This document shows positions 9,725-17,968 of a stretch of DNA of 61,081 nt, in pieces. The translations under genes were made by a program, and so were the position numbers. Position 1 is the first letter of the stretch; each line of letters starts with the position of its first letter. The DNA is from Minisyncoccota bacterium (lineage in GTDB: Bacteria > Patescibacteriota > Minisyncoccia > Phycocordibacterales > UBA2100), in NCBI GenBank assembly GCA_043780835.1, contig JAYWCB010000009.1, positions 1 through 61,081 of the forward strand, written 5' to 3'. The notes under the pieces are model-generated. The model saw only the letters and a list, made by a program, of their open reading frames with translations, had not been told where the DNA came from and made no database searches.

Positions 9725-10663
9725 ATGGCATCGGATCTTAGTCTCCTTAAAACGCAATTCCTCGAATATCTCGAAATTGAAAAAGGGCGGAGTGTGAAAA
9801 CGGTTGAAAATTATGACCGCTACCTGAAGCGCTTTTTTGATTTTGCGAAAGTTATGGAACCGGGCGCGATTACCGAGCAGATGGTGCGAGAGTTTCGCAT
9901 CAATCTCAATCGTTCTGCCGGCACAAACGGCACGATGAAAAAGAATACGCAGAATTACCACCTCATCGCGCTACGCGCGTTTCTCAAGTTTATGCGTAAG
10001 CGAGATGTGATCAGCCTCAACCCCGAACGAATCGAGCTCGCCAAAGTTGGCGGACGCGACCTCGATCTTATTACCTCGGCAGAGCTCGAGCGCCTGATGT
10101 CCGCCCCAGGCGGATCGGCCTCGGGCCGAAAAGACTCGCAGAGCGACGAGCTTGTGGTGCTACGCGACCGCGCGATCCTTGAACTTCTATTCTCTACGGG
10201 ACTGCGTGTATCGGAGTTGTGTAATTTGAATCAGGATCTTGATCTTACGCGCGACGAGTTTTCTGTACGCGGTAAGGGTGAAAAAGTGCGTGTTGTGTTT
10301 CTATCGGACGAAGCAAAAAAAGCGGTCGCAGCCTATCTCAAAAAGCGCGGAGACTTTGGCGAAGCGTTGTTTGTGGGCTACAGCAAAGCGCGAAAGACAA
10401 AAGACCTCTCACGGCTCACTCCCCGCTCTGTTGAGCGCCTCGTAAAAAATTATGCAATGAAAGCCGGTATCACCCGCAAAGTGACACCCCATGTGATTCG
10501 CCACTCATTTGCCACTGATCTTCTTTCGAATGGTGCCGACCTGCGTTCAGTACAAGCACTGCTTGGTCATGCAAACATTGCAACGACTCAGGTATATACA
10601 CACGTGACCGACTCGCATCTGCGCGACGTTCACAAACTGTTTCACGGTAAACGCAGAAAATAA
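9725..10663 (+). CDS. XerC/XerD-family tyrosine recombinase
   Basis: RDRAILELLFSTGLRVSEL, GKGEKVR, TPHVIRHSFAT, LLGHANIATTQVY: complete R-K-H-R-H-Y set. Confidence 0.93.
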   Translation: MASDLSLLKTQFLEYLEIEKGRSVKTVENYDRYLKRFFDFAKVMEPGAITEQMVREFRINLNRSAGTNGTMKKNTQNYHLIALRAFLKFMRKRDVISLNPERIELAKVGGRDLDLITSAELERLMSAPGGSASGRKDSQSDELVVLRDRAILELLFSTGLRVSELCNLNQDLDLTRDEFSVRGKGEKVRVVFLSDEAKKAVAAYLKKRGDFGEALFVGYSKARKTKDLSRLTPRSVERLVKNYAMKAGITRKVTPHVIRHSFATDLLSNGADLRSVQALLGHANIATTQVYTHVTDSHLRDVHKLFHGKRRK

Positions 10664-10691
10664 AAAAAGCCCGCGAATTCGCGGGCTTTTT
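10664..10691. terminator. Bidirectional intrinsic terminator
   Basis: AAAAAGCCCGCG-AATT-CGCGGGCTTTTT. Confidence 0.8.
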
Positions 10692-10720
10692 GATCACGAA
10701 GAACTTGGGATACGCAAGTC

Positions 10721-10876
10721 CTATTTCTTTTGCGTGCTTTCCTGATTCTTTTTTGAACGTTCTAACAGATTGAGTCGGTCCTGCTCGAGTCGATTCAAAT
10801 CGAAACCCTTGCGTTTGAGATACTCGGCGGTAGTTTCCGTCGCGTTTGCCTCGGTCGTTTTTTCCGGGCCGCACAT
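10721..10876 (-). CDS. Small 51-aa protein (below ORF-track cutoff)
   Basis: SD AAAGGAAGG then ATG: MCGPEKTTEANATETTAEYLKRKGFDLNRLEQDRLNLLERSKKNQESTQKK*; ends before the terminator. Confidence 0.5.
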   Translation of the reverse strand: MCGPEKTTEANATETTAEYLKRKGFDLNRLEQDRLNLLERSKKNQESTQKK

Positions 10877-11012
10877 TTGAACCTTCCTTTCTGTTCCAGG
10901 ATATCAATTACCCGTATCTTTATGTCACACAAAAACTATAATGTCAAATTATTAAAAAAGGCGGCACAAGAACGTGCCGCCTTTCCCTCCGGATTGAATG
11001 CTGGTTGAGCTA

Positions 11013-11219
11013 TTACTGATTTGCTTGTCGCTTGAAGAAGAGTGACTGCACTCGTGCAGGGCGCTTGAGAGTCGTTACCGCGTATCGTGATGCCTGTTCA
11101 GGCTGACGAACACGAAACATCCCTACACTCTCTTCTCGTACCGCGTTGAACGTGGACCACTCGCGGCTGCCCTTCTCTGCTGAAAACAAACTCATCTGAT
11201 TGTTCTGAAATCGGTTCAT
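11013..11219 (-). CDS. Hypothetical small protein (68 aa)
   Basis: Fills an otherwise empty gap; followed by hairpin AAGGCGGCAC..GTGCCGCCTT (~10958-10983). Confidence 0.4.
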   Translation of the reverse strand: MNRFQNNQMSLFSAEKGSREWSTFNAVREESVGMFRVRQPEQASRYAVTTLKRPARVQSLFFKRQANQ

Positions 11220-11374
11220 AGGTGCGCACGCGAACGGGTTTTTATTTGTCCGTCCTCGTTAAAGTGAAGACGTTTCATTCCCCCGCGTATGACAGTTATA
11301 GCTTTTCACTCGTGAGTCCAACATGAAGATTTTCATGATCAGATCCACAAAAGCTTTATGATAGGATTTTCGAT

Positions 11375-12172
11375 ATGAAACTGGCTACCTGGAATGTAAA
11401 TGGAATACGCAATGTGCATAAGAAGGGGCTACTTACTCCTTTTTTTGAGCGAGAACAGCCCGACATTGTCGGTTTTCAGGAAACGAAAGCGGAACAACAT
11501 CAGTCAGAAGTTGATTTTCAGGATTACGAAGAGTATTGGAATTCTTCCAAAAGTAGAAAGGGATATTCCGGCACCGCAATATTCTCAAAACCCAGTACTG
11601 AAGCCGTTTTATATGACTTTCCAGAGGAGATTACTGCGAAATACTCACTCGCCGACAAGTACGGAGATCCCAACGCAGAAGGCAGAGTTATCGCTGCTGA
11701 ATACGAAAATTTCCATTTTGTAACGGTATATACGCCAAACTCCAAAGACGACCTCAGTCGCATTCCGCTCCGTCACAAAAACTGGGACCCTGCGTTTCTC
11801 GAATATATGAAACAGCTTGAGCAGACGAAGCCGGTTATATTTTGCGGTGATCTCAACGTGGCGCATACGGAAGACGATCTTGCAAACCCGAAGCCCAACA
11901 TGGGAAAAAAGGGTTTCACCGCCGAGGAGCGTTCCGGTATCGACAATATGATTGAAGCCGGTTTCATAGACGCGTTCAGATTGCAAAACAGTGGTAAAGG
12001 ACACTACACATGGTGGAGTCATTTCGCCAATGCCCGTGAGAGAAATGTCGGGTGGCGGATTGATTACTTCTTTGTAAGTGAATCGCTTGTCCCATTGATC
12101 TCTCGAGTGAAGATTCATGCTGATATTATGGGCTCCGATCATTGCCCAGTGACCCTTGAGCTTGATATATAG
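11375..12172 (+). CDS. xth: Exodeoxyribonuclease III / AP endonuclease
   Basis: LATWNVNGIR, FQETK, GYSGTA, VYTPNS, GDLNVAH, YTWWS, GWRIDYF, SDHCP. Confidence 0.96.
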   Translation: MKLATWNVNGIRNVHKKGLLTPFFEREQPDIVGFQETKAEQHQSEVDFQDYEEYWNSSKSRKGYSGTAIFSKPSTEAVLYDFPEEITAKYSLADKYGDPNAEGRVIAAEYENFHFVTVYTPNSKDDLSRIPLRHKNWDPAFLEYMKQLEQTKPVIFCGDLNVAHTEDDLANPKPNMGKKGFTAEERSGIDNMIEAGFIDAFRLQNSGKGHYTWWSHFANARERNVGWRIDYFFVSESLVPLISRVKIHADIMGSDHCPVTLELDI

Positions 12173-12189
12173 GCAAGAAACAGACATTT

Positions 12190-12224
12190 GTCCGTTATCC
12201 ACTTATACACAGGAGTTATCCACA
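12190..12224 (+). promoter_or_regulatory. Triple DnaA-box cassette A
   Basis: TTATCCACT 12195-12203, TTATACACA 12203-12211, TTATCCACA 12216-12224 in an AT-rich intergenic region. Confidence 0.75.
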
Positions 12225-12523
12225 GTTATGTCCTTTACATGTTTATAAAGGACAGTAGTATTACCAACGGTTGGTCTTTACAGGTTTTCGTTGATTCTAA
12301 ATAACGAAATATATAGCGGTACAAATGTATAACGCCAAAAATATAAAGGATGTCCTCCGGCATTCATTGAAAGCAAAGTACTTTGTCCAAAAAGAGATTT
12401 CGTGTTCTTTAAAAGAATGAACGAGACCACAATAAAAGTCGCCTGACGGCGGCTATCCAAAAGAGAGAAATGGGTAGCTACGTCAGGCGATTTTTCTTTT
12501 GGGACCCTAAAACGACTTACTGG

Positions 12524-14002
12524 CTAAGACACGTGATGTTTCTTGCGCAATAGCGCAACTGCAGCCTCGTCTTCGGAAACGCGACGATCCTTTCCTTGTT
12601 CACCCAGTTTCTTGAGAAGTTCGTCGTCCATAGACATCATTTCCAATGCACGGGACTCTAAATATACGGCTGTATTCTTAGCTGGTTCGTCTAAAACCTC
12701 TTCGAGGAGCGCGTGCAAAATCCATCCGATCCGCGGACCGGCAGATTGACCAATTTCCATCAGTCTGACTCCATCAATTTTTAACATCCCTACCGATACC
12801 GGGTCTCGGAGCGCTTCGTCGATCATCGACATGTATTTTCGCAGGCGAAACGGATGAGCCTTGGGTCGTCCGGTGCCGATACGGTCGCACACGCGAAGAT
12901 TGAGCAAATCCTCGATATTTTCCTGTCCTACGCGAGCTATGAGTCGCCGCACTGCCGAGAGTGTTATCTGGTCCGGATCTGAGAAAAACATGTGAGAGCG
13001 AACTAAAAGCACCACCTTTTCTATCAAATCCTTCGGATATTTGAGTTCGGATAGGATTTTCTTTGCCATGCGGGCTGACACCACATCATGCCCGTGAAAG
13101 GTCCAGTCTTTCTTATCCTCGGACCACTCTCGAGTCGCCGGCTTCCCTATATCGTGCAGAAGAGCTGCAAGGCGCACATCAAGCGGCCAGTGTTGATCGG
13201 CTGCATGCTGCAGGCTTCGCAAGAGGTGTTCGAATACGTCAAATGAATGCGCCTGATTTTGGTCGCAACCAATTCCCTCTTCCAATTCCGGCAAAACATA
13301 TTTGATGACCCCGAGTTTTTGAGCAGTGTAAATTGCCTGTAACGGGCGATCTGACTGAATAATGCGGGTGAATTCATCGCGGATACGCTCTTTAGATATT
13401 TTTTCCAACTGCGGTGCGTTTCGCGCTACACCCTCCATGGTTGCTCCGTCGATCGCAAAATCGAGCTCAGCAGCGATTCGGATGGCTCTGAGCATTCGCA
13501 ACGCGTCCTCTTCAAAGCGTGTGTGAGCATCCCCCACCGTTACGAGGACTTTTCGTGCAATATCGTCACGACCACCATGCTCATCAACGAGATTACCCGT
13601 AGAAGGGTCGTAGGCAATCGCATTGATCGTAAAATCGCGTCGCTCAAGGTCGTCGCGTAGCGTGTCGCTGAACTGAATTTCATCGGGATGGCGGGCATTG
13701 GTGTACTTTCCTTCGATACGATACGGAGTGATCTCGACCACTTTCAGCTTCGGGTTCTCGGATTGGGTTACAACACCGACGGTGCCATAACTGTTTTCAT
13801 AAAAAGTCTCCTCGTAGAGGGCTTGAATTTGTTCCGGCTTTGCGTTCGTCGTAATATCCCAGTCTTTCGGTTCGCGACCGATTAAAAGATCCCGTACGCA
13901 ACCGCCGACAAGATAGGCTTCGTACCCCGCCTTGATAAGTGTCGCGTGTACATCAAGAATTTCTTGCGGAATCACGAGCTCCGTTTGTTCCATAGCGTTC
14001 AT
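12524..14002 (-). CDS. cca: CCA-adding tRNA nucleotidyltransferase with HD domain
   Basis: YLVGGCVRD..KDWDITT, DLERRDFTINAIA, RFEEDALRMLRAIR, SKERIRDE, LLHDIGKP, FHGHD. Confidence 0.92.
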   Translation of the reverse strand: MNAMEQTELVIPQEILDVHATLIKAGYEAYLVGGCVRDLLIGREPKDWDITTNAKPEQIQALYEETFYENSYGTVGVVTQSENPKLKVVEITPYRIEGKYTNARHPDEIQFSDTLRDDLERRDFTINAIAYDPSTGNLVDEHGGRDDIARKVLVTVGDAHTRFEEDALRMLRAIRIAAELDFAIDGATMEGVARNAPQLEKISKERIRDEFTRIIQSDRPLQAIYTAQKLGVIKYVLPELEEGIGCDQNQAHSFDVFEHLLRSLQHAADQHWPLDVRLAALLHDIGKPATREWSEDKKDWTFHGHDVVSARMAKKILSELKYPKDLIEKVVLLVRSHMFFSDPDQITLSAVRRLIARVGQENIEDLLNLRVCDRIGTGRPKAHPFRLRKYMSMIDEALRDPVSVGMLKIDGVRLMEIGQSAGPRIGWILHALLEEVLDEPAKNTAVYLESRALEMMSMDDELLKKLGEQGKDRRVSEDEAAVALLRKKHHVS

Positions 14003-14069
14003 TGTACTGCGTTAGTGTGAATTAAATCACGGTAGACCGATGCGGTCGCATCGGTCTTGTTGATTTTTG

Positions 14070-14141
14070 TGCTCCCGGAGGGATTCGAACCCCCAATAAC
14101 AGTTCCGAAGACTGTCGTGATATCCATTTCACTACGAGAGC
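14070..14141 (-). tRNA. tRNA-Arg (anticodon TCG), CCA not encoded
   Basis: Cloverleaf: acceptor GCTCTCG/CGGGAGC, anticodon arm ACAGT-CTTCGGA-ACTGT, T-loop TTCGAAT. Confidence 0.93.
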
Positions 14142-14259
14142 AATGCCTCGCTATACTACCCTACTCTTCCTGATTCACTAACAGCGTTAGTGCTGATACC
14201 GGGAATCTCCTTCGCCTCTCGCTTTGTCGTCGCAGTCGGAATCGATCAAGTGCTCACTA

Positions 14260-14418
14260 GATACGGGGAATCGGCGTAACTCACTAAACGTAGCTTCGCT
14301 CGTTAAGAGGTCACTGCCCTGGCTCAACCCGATGCTCGGGTCTCCGCCTTTCGATTCCCCGTAGCCGACTACAAAAATATAGTCGTACGAAGCTCGCGCT
14401 TCTCCCTCGTTATTTTTG
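14260..14418 (-). repeat. tRNA-Gly-associated structured element, copy 1
   Basis: Homologous to 17812-17968 (shared CGGCGT.ACTCACTAAAC, GGTCACTGCCCTGGCTC, CCGATGCTCGGG, CTCCGCCTT, ACTACAAAAATATAGTCGT); arms match the adjacent tRNA. Confidence 0.85.
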
Positions 14419-14489
14419 TGCGGATACGGGGAATCGAACCCCGATCCCGTCCTTGGCAAGGACGTGTTCTACCACTAAACCATATCCGC
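14419..14489 (-). tRNA. tRNA-Gly (anticodon GCC), CCA not encoded
   Basis: Acceptor GCGGATA/TATCCGC, CGTCC-TTGCCAA-GGACG, T-loop TTCGATT. Confidence 0.95.
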
Positions 14490-14637
14490 ATTATGTTACT
14501 CACCTTCTCAAACCTACTTCCAGGCTGAGTATCATCCATCGAAGCCATATCCGCGCATACACACCGCTTCAATGGCTGGATTATACAGCAGTCGTTTACT
14601 CCAGCAATATTTCATCCCCCATTCCCTATCAGTTTCG

Positions 14638-15627
14638 CTAATTGTTTTCCTCGGTCTTTGTAATCACGGTCTTTTTCTCCTCTGGTAGCGCCATAACCGG
14701 TCGCATGACGGGGTTTGTCCGATATGCACTGTAAAGTCCGATTGCTGCAGCAACGAGGAGGATTACCGGAATGAAATAACTCAATCGGCAACCCGACTCG
14801 AAGTGCCAGAAAAGCAACAGTGCAACGAGTGGAACCCCGATCAATATTGCAGGTAATGCGCCGTGCCGAAGTGCGAGCGCAGGCTCCGAGAGCCCTACAA
14901 ACGCGGTAATCACAAAGAATATTGCCAGCAGGATAAACCACAACTGATACGAGCCGTTTTTGGAGCACATCGTTGCAATAAGGCTTCCGATAGTAGACGT
15001 AGACGATGTTGTGCCCACCAAAGAAGTCGGACGTGAAACTTGACCCTCGTTTGTGGCTCCGTGTGAGGCGCGATGAATTACCGGCGTTTTTACATGTGTC
15101 TCAGGCATAGACCCTGTACCGTTCAAAACCGTTGAGCTCGCTGAGCTAATAGGTGCAGGCGAAACTGCCGCGGGGCTACTGGTCTCAATGGCCCCCTTCG
15201 CATCTGTTGTGAAAGAAACCTGAGAAAGACAAACCGGTGCATTTGGCAGTGCAGAAAGCAGCGTAATGGTTACAGGAAGTTTCCCGTCAATTTTAGCAGT
15301 AGTGTCTATATGGAGGCGTAATGATCCGTCGGGATCAATGCGACGTGTCATGTAGCTAAAAGGTATCGATACATCCCCTGCCGCCCCGAGCACACCCACA
15401 TAGGCAGGGTCGGATAACACGATATCAAATGAGTCGAGTTCCCCATCATAGATATACGGAGTAACGCTCTTTACAAATAGTGGTGCACAGGAGGATCCAC
15501 CTTGGGGCAGGACTTGTTTAGTAATCACTCCGGCACCGGCAGCTGCAGCTAGTGCAGGGGTTGAAAGCAACATGAATGCTGCAAAGGTTGCGACGATGCC
15601 TCGCGATACGCGGGATGCCGTGTTCAT
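14638..15627 (-). CDS. Hypothetical exported/membrane protein
   Basis: Signal-peptide-like N-terminus, Ser/Thr/Pro-rich linker, three C-terminal hydrophobic segments. Confidence 0.7.
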   Translation of the reverse strand: MNTASRVSRGIVATFAAFMLLSTPALAAAAGAGVITKQVLPQGGSSCAPLFVKSVTPYIYDGELDSFDIVLSDPAYVGVLGAAGDVSIPFSYMTRRIDPDGSLRLHIDTTAKIDGKLPVTITLLSALPNAPVCLSQVSFTTDAKGAIETSSPAAVSPAPISSASSTVLNGTGSMPETHVKTPVIHRASHGATNEGQVSRPTSLVGTTSSTSTIGSLIATMCSKNGSYQLWFILLAIFFVITAFVGLSEPALALRHGALPAILIGVPLVALLLFWHFESGCRLSYFIPVILLVAAAIGLYSAYRTNPVMRPVMALPEEKKTVITKTEENN

Positions 15628-15797
15628 ACGAATGTCGACACCCTATGTCCTCTCCGCAAATGCGTCAAGCGGCCGCGAGCCACATTCGCTGACGTGTCAA
15701 ATCCGTGTTATAGCGCTTTAAATAAGGATATTTTCGACCTTCACAGAATGTCCATGACGTTCGTTATATACGGACAAAATGAGTAAAAAGTGAAAAA

Positions 15798-15832
15798 TGT
15801 GGATAACCTATGGGTATAAGTGGATAACGGAC
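15798..15832 (-). promoter_or_regulatory. Triple DnaA-box cassette B (inverted copy of A)
   Basis: TGTGGATAA 15798-15806, TGGGTATAA 15811-15819, AGTGGATAA 15819-15827; reverse complement matches 12190-12224 at 31/35. Confidence 0.75.
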
Positions 15833-15986
15833 AGCAGAAGTATCGATCAATAGTCCGTAACCAGATATTATCATGGCTCAGTAGAGCCGTTTATTATAAA
15901 TCTCTCACAGACATATAAAAAGGATAAATTATCCAGATCATTGGTACATAAGTAACGTCGAACGTTTCCCGTGAAATGTCGCTATA

Positions 15987-16382
15987 ATGATCCCAATGGT
16001 CGCATTCAGCAAGAGCAGAAGGCTAGGGAACCTGGGGGAGGATATTGCCTGTACCTTTCTTGTCTCCAAGGGCTTCGCAATTTTAGAACGAAATCATTTA
16101 CGCCCATGGGGAGAAATCGATATTGTGGCTCGTTTCAATGATGTATATAGGTTCGTTGAGGTAAAGACCATTTCACGTGAAAAGGGTTCACGGGAAACGC
16201 GAGTCAATATGACAGCAGAGGATCACATTCATCCGGCAAAGATGCAGAAAATTGCCCGAACTGTCGAGGTATATATGACATCCATCAAGGATGATCTCGA
16301 CTTTCAGATTGACGTTGTAACAGTGGAGCTCGATACGCTAACGAGGCGAGCTCGATGTAAACTATACGAACAGGTGCTTTGA
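15987..16382 (+). CDS. yraN: YraN (UPF0102) family nuclease-like protein
   Basis: LGNLGEDIA..L..KGF.IL.RN..WGEIDIVA..FVEVKT..FQIDVV. Confidence 0.9.
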   Translation: MIPMVAFSKSRRLGNLGEDIACTFLVSKGFAILERNHLRPWGEIDIVARFNDVYRFVEVKTISREKGSRETRVNMTAEDHIHPAKMQKIARTVEVYMTSIKDDLDFQIDVVTVELDTLTRRARCKLYEQVL

Positions 16383-16443
16383 AAACCTATAATTGAAGCC
16401 GTTTGTTGTAATGGACATACGAATGTCCATTATGTCTTTCCAG

Positions 16444-16514
16444 TCGGGACGCCGAGAATCGAACTCGGTCTACTTGGTCCCAAACCAAGCGTACTACCGG
16501 TATACTACGTCCCG
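16444..16514 (-). tRNA. tRNA-Pro (anticodon TGG), CCA not encoded
   Basis: Acceptor CGGGACG/CGTCCCG, CTTGG-TTTGGGA-CCAAG, T-loop TTCGATT. Confidence 0.93.
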
Positions 16515-16604
16515 CGATATATATATGTCTTCGATCGATATTCTACGTTACACGTAGAACGTGACCAATGACTAGAGGATACTAACACAATCTTGGCAGG
16601 GGAC

Positions 16605-17789
16605 TTAGCGTTTTAACAGAATAGCGGCAATCAATTTTTGGGCTAAACCAAGCGCGATCGGTTCAAAGTCTTCCGATGCTCTCTTTGGGTCAGCTGCCAA
16701 TGTGCCACTGAGTCCTTTTCCTGTCAGGTTTATAAGATCGCGGTTTATATACGCGGTGGTGATTGCGTGCAGATCACGCTCCGCCGTTGTTGCGCCATCA
16801 CTTGTGGTTGTGATGAGTCCGACAGCTCGATTCCATTGATTCACGACTCCTCCACCAGAAGAGCCACTTTGTGCACCGATGATACCTCCCAGAGAAATAG
16901 CATCAGCTTTGCCGACCGAGAAGGTAAGTAACTGTCTTACGGCCGTTATTGACGTGACAGGGTACAGATTTGACTGAACAATGCTGCCACCCTCAAATTC
17001 CACTGGATAACTAGCAGCAAGCACGTTGTCGTCCACAAATGCGATTGCTTCGCGCACATCGGGTGCTACATATGGAAACGAAGCCGGAAGGGGACTGCCG
17101 TCGAGTGTTGATATGAGGTAAAGGAGAGCGTAATCATGTTCACCCGTACCGAGGGCATGAGATTTGAGGATGTCTGCTGCATGGGTTTCGATCCAAATAG
17201 GGGGCATGTAAAGGACAACGGGGATCCACTTACTCACTGCAGGGGCGCCGGTGCGAACAACGCACTGTAGATCGGTTTTACGGCTTTGGGCGATGAGCAC
17301 GTATTGAGCAACATGCGCATTCGTAAGGACAACTCCACGTGGATCGACCACAATGCCGCTACCGGTAATCGGCTTGAGGGCCCCTTCAGACCGAGTAAAG
17401 CAGTAAATATTTACCAAGGCTGCGCGGGCTGAATTGTTGACCACCTCGAATGCGAGCGGGGGATTTGGGTACGGGATTTCAATACGAACAATATCATTGG
17501 GGGATGTCGTGGCGTTTATATGTATTGCCTTTACCGCTTGAATACGAGCTTTCTGAGCCTTGTGCGACGTTGTGGCTACGACCGTTGTTGTGCTCTCTGG
17601 TATTACGGACGGTGAAGTGGTGGCAGTGCTTTGCTCTGGTTCAGATGTCGTAACCGGCGGGGTACTTGTGGAAATCGAAATGTCGGGTGCCGCAGGGGTA
17701 GGGTAGGCATGCAGTATTAGGAATACAATGGACGCGATAAGAGCCACGAGAAGCGCGCCGTGCGCAAAGATGCTGCGCCTATCATTCAT
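16605..17789 (-). CDS. Membrane-anchored trypsin-like serine protease
   Basis: N-terminal TM, Thr/Pro linker, GSGIVV, LTNAHV (His), HDYALL (Asp), GSSGG (Ser). Confidence 0.85.
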   Translation of the reverse strand: MNDRRSIFAHGALLVALIASIVFLILHAYPTPAAPDISISTSTPPVTTSEPEQSTATTSPSVIPESTTTVVATTSHKAQKARIQAVKAIHINATTSPNDIVRIEIPYPNPPLAFEVVNNSARAALVNIYCFTRSEGALKPITGSGIVVDPRGVVLTNAHVAQYVLIAQSRKTDLQCVVRTGAPAVSKWIPVVLYMPPIWIETHAADILKSHALGTGEHDYALLYLISTLDGSPLPASFPYVAPDVREAIAFVDDNVLAASYPVEFEGGSIVQSNLYPVTSITAVRQLLTFSVGKADAISLGGIIGAQSGSSGGGVVNQWNRAVGLITTTSDGATTAERDLHAITTAYINRDLINLTGKGLSGTLAADPKRASEDFEPIALGLAQKLIAAILLKR

Positions 17790-17811
17790 GTGCGGATTAT
17801 ACGGTATTTGC

Positions 17812-17968
17812 AATAGGAGAAACGGCGTGACTCACTAAACTCACTTCCGTTCTTTAAGTGGTCACTGCCCTGGCTCGTTCCGATGCTCGGGGCTCCGCCT
17901 TCCGATCCTCCTATTCCACTACAAAAATATAGTCGTTCAACACTCGCGTGTTGAGCTCGTGATTTTTG
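17812..17968 (-). repeat. tRNA-Gly-associated structured element, copy 2
   Basis: Homologous to 14260-14418; arms match the adjacent tRNA-Gly(TCC). Confidence 0.85.

Larger units (their letters stand above)
15963..16561. other. Cluster of parS-like palindromes
   Basis: 15963-15978, 16169-16184, 16184-16199 (each 12/16 to TGTTTCACGTGAAACA) and 16546-16561 (11/16). Confidence 0.55.

Noticed and set aside
9725-10663. Tyrosine recombinase as a prophage or ICE integrase
   Set aside because: Size and motifs fit chromosomal XerC/D; there are no phage or conjugation genes or att-like flanks nearby.
10920-10950. dif-like site (ATAATGTCAAAT resembles the XerD arm)
   Set aside because: No plausible XerC arm; the TGTCAA is better explained as a minus-strand -35 box.
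14187-14459. ORFs 14187-14459 and 17786-18148 sharing a GGxPSIGxSQGSD peptide
   Set aside because: Both overlap tRNA genes and have unrelated starts and lengths; the shared peptide is just the translation of the conserved RNA element.
16380-16382. UGA recoding (genetic code 25)
   Set aside because: TGA ends yraN and rnhA at their expected C-termini, and conserved genes are uninterrupted under code 11.
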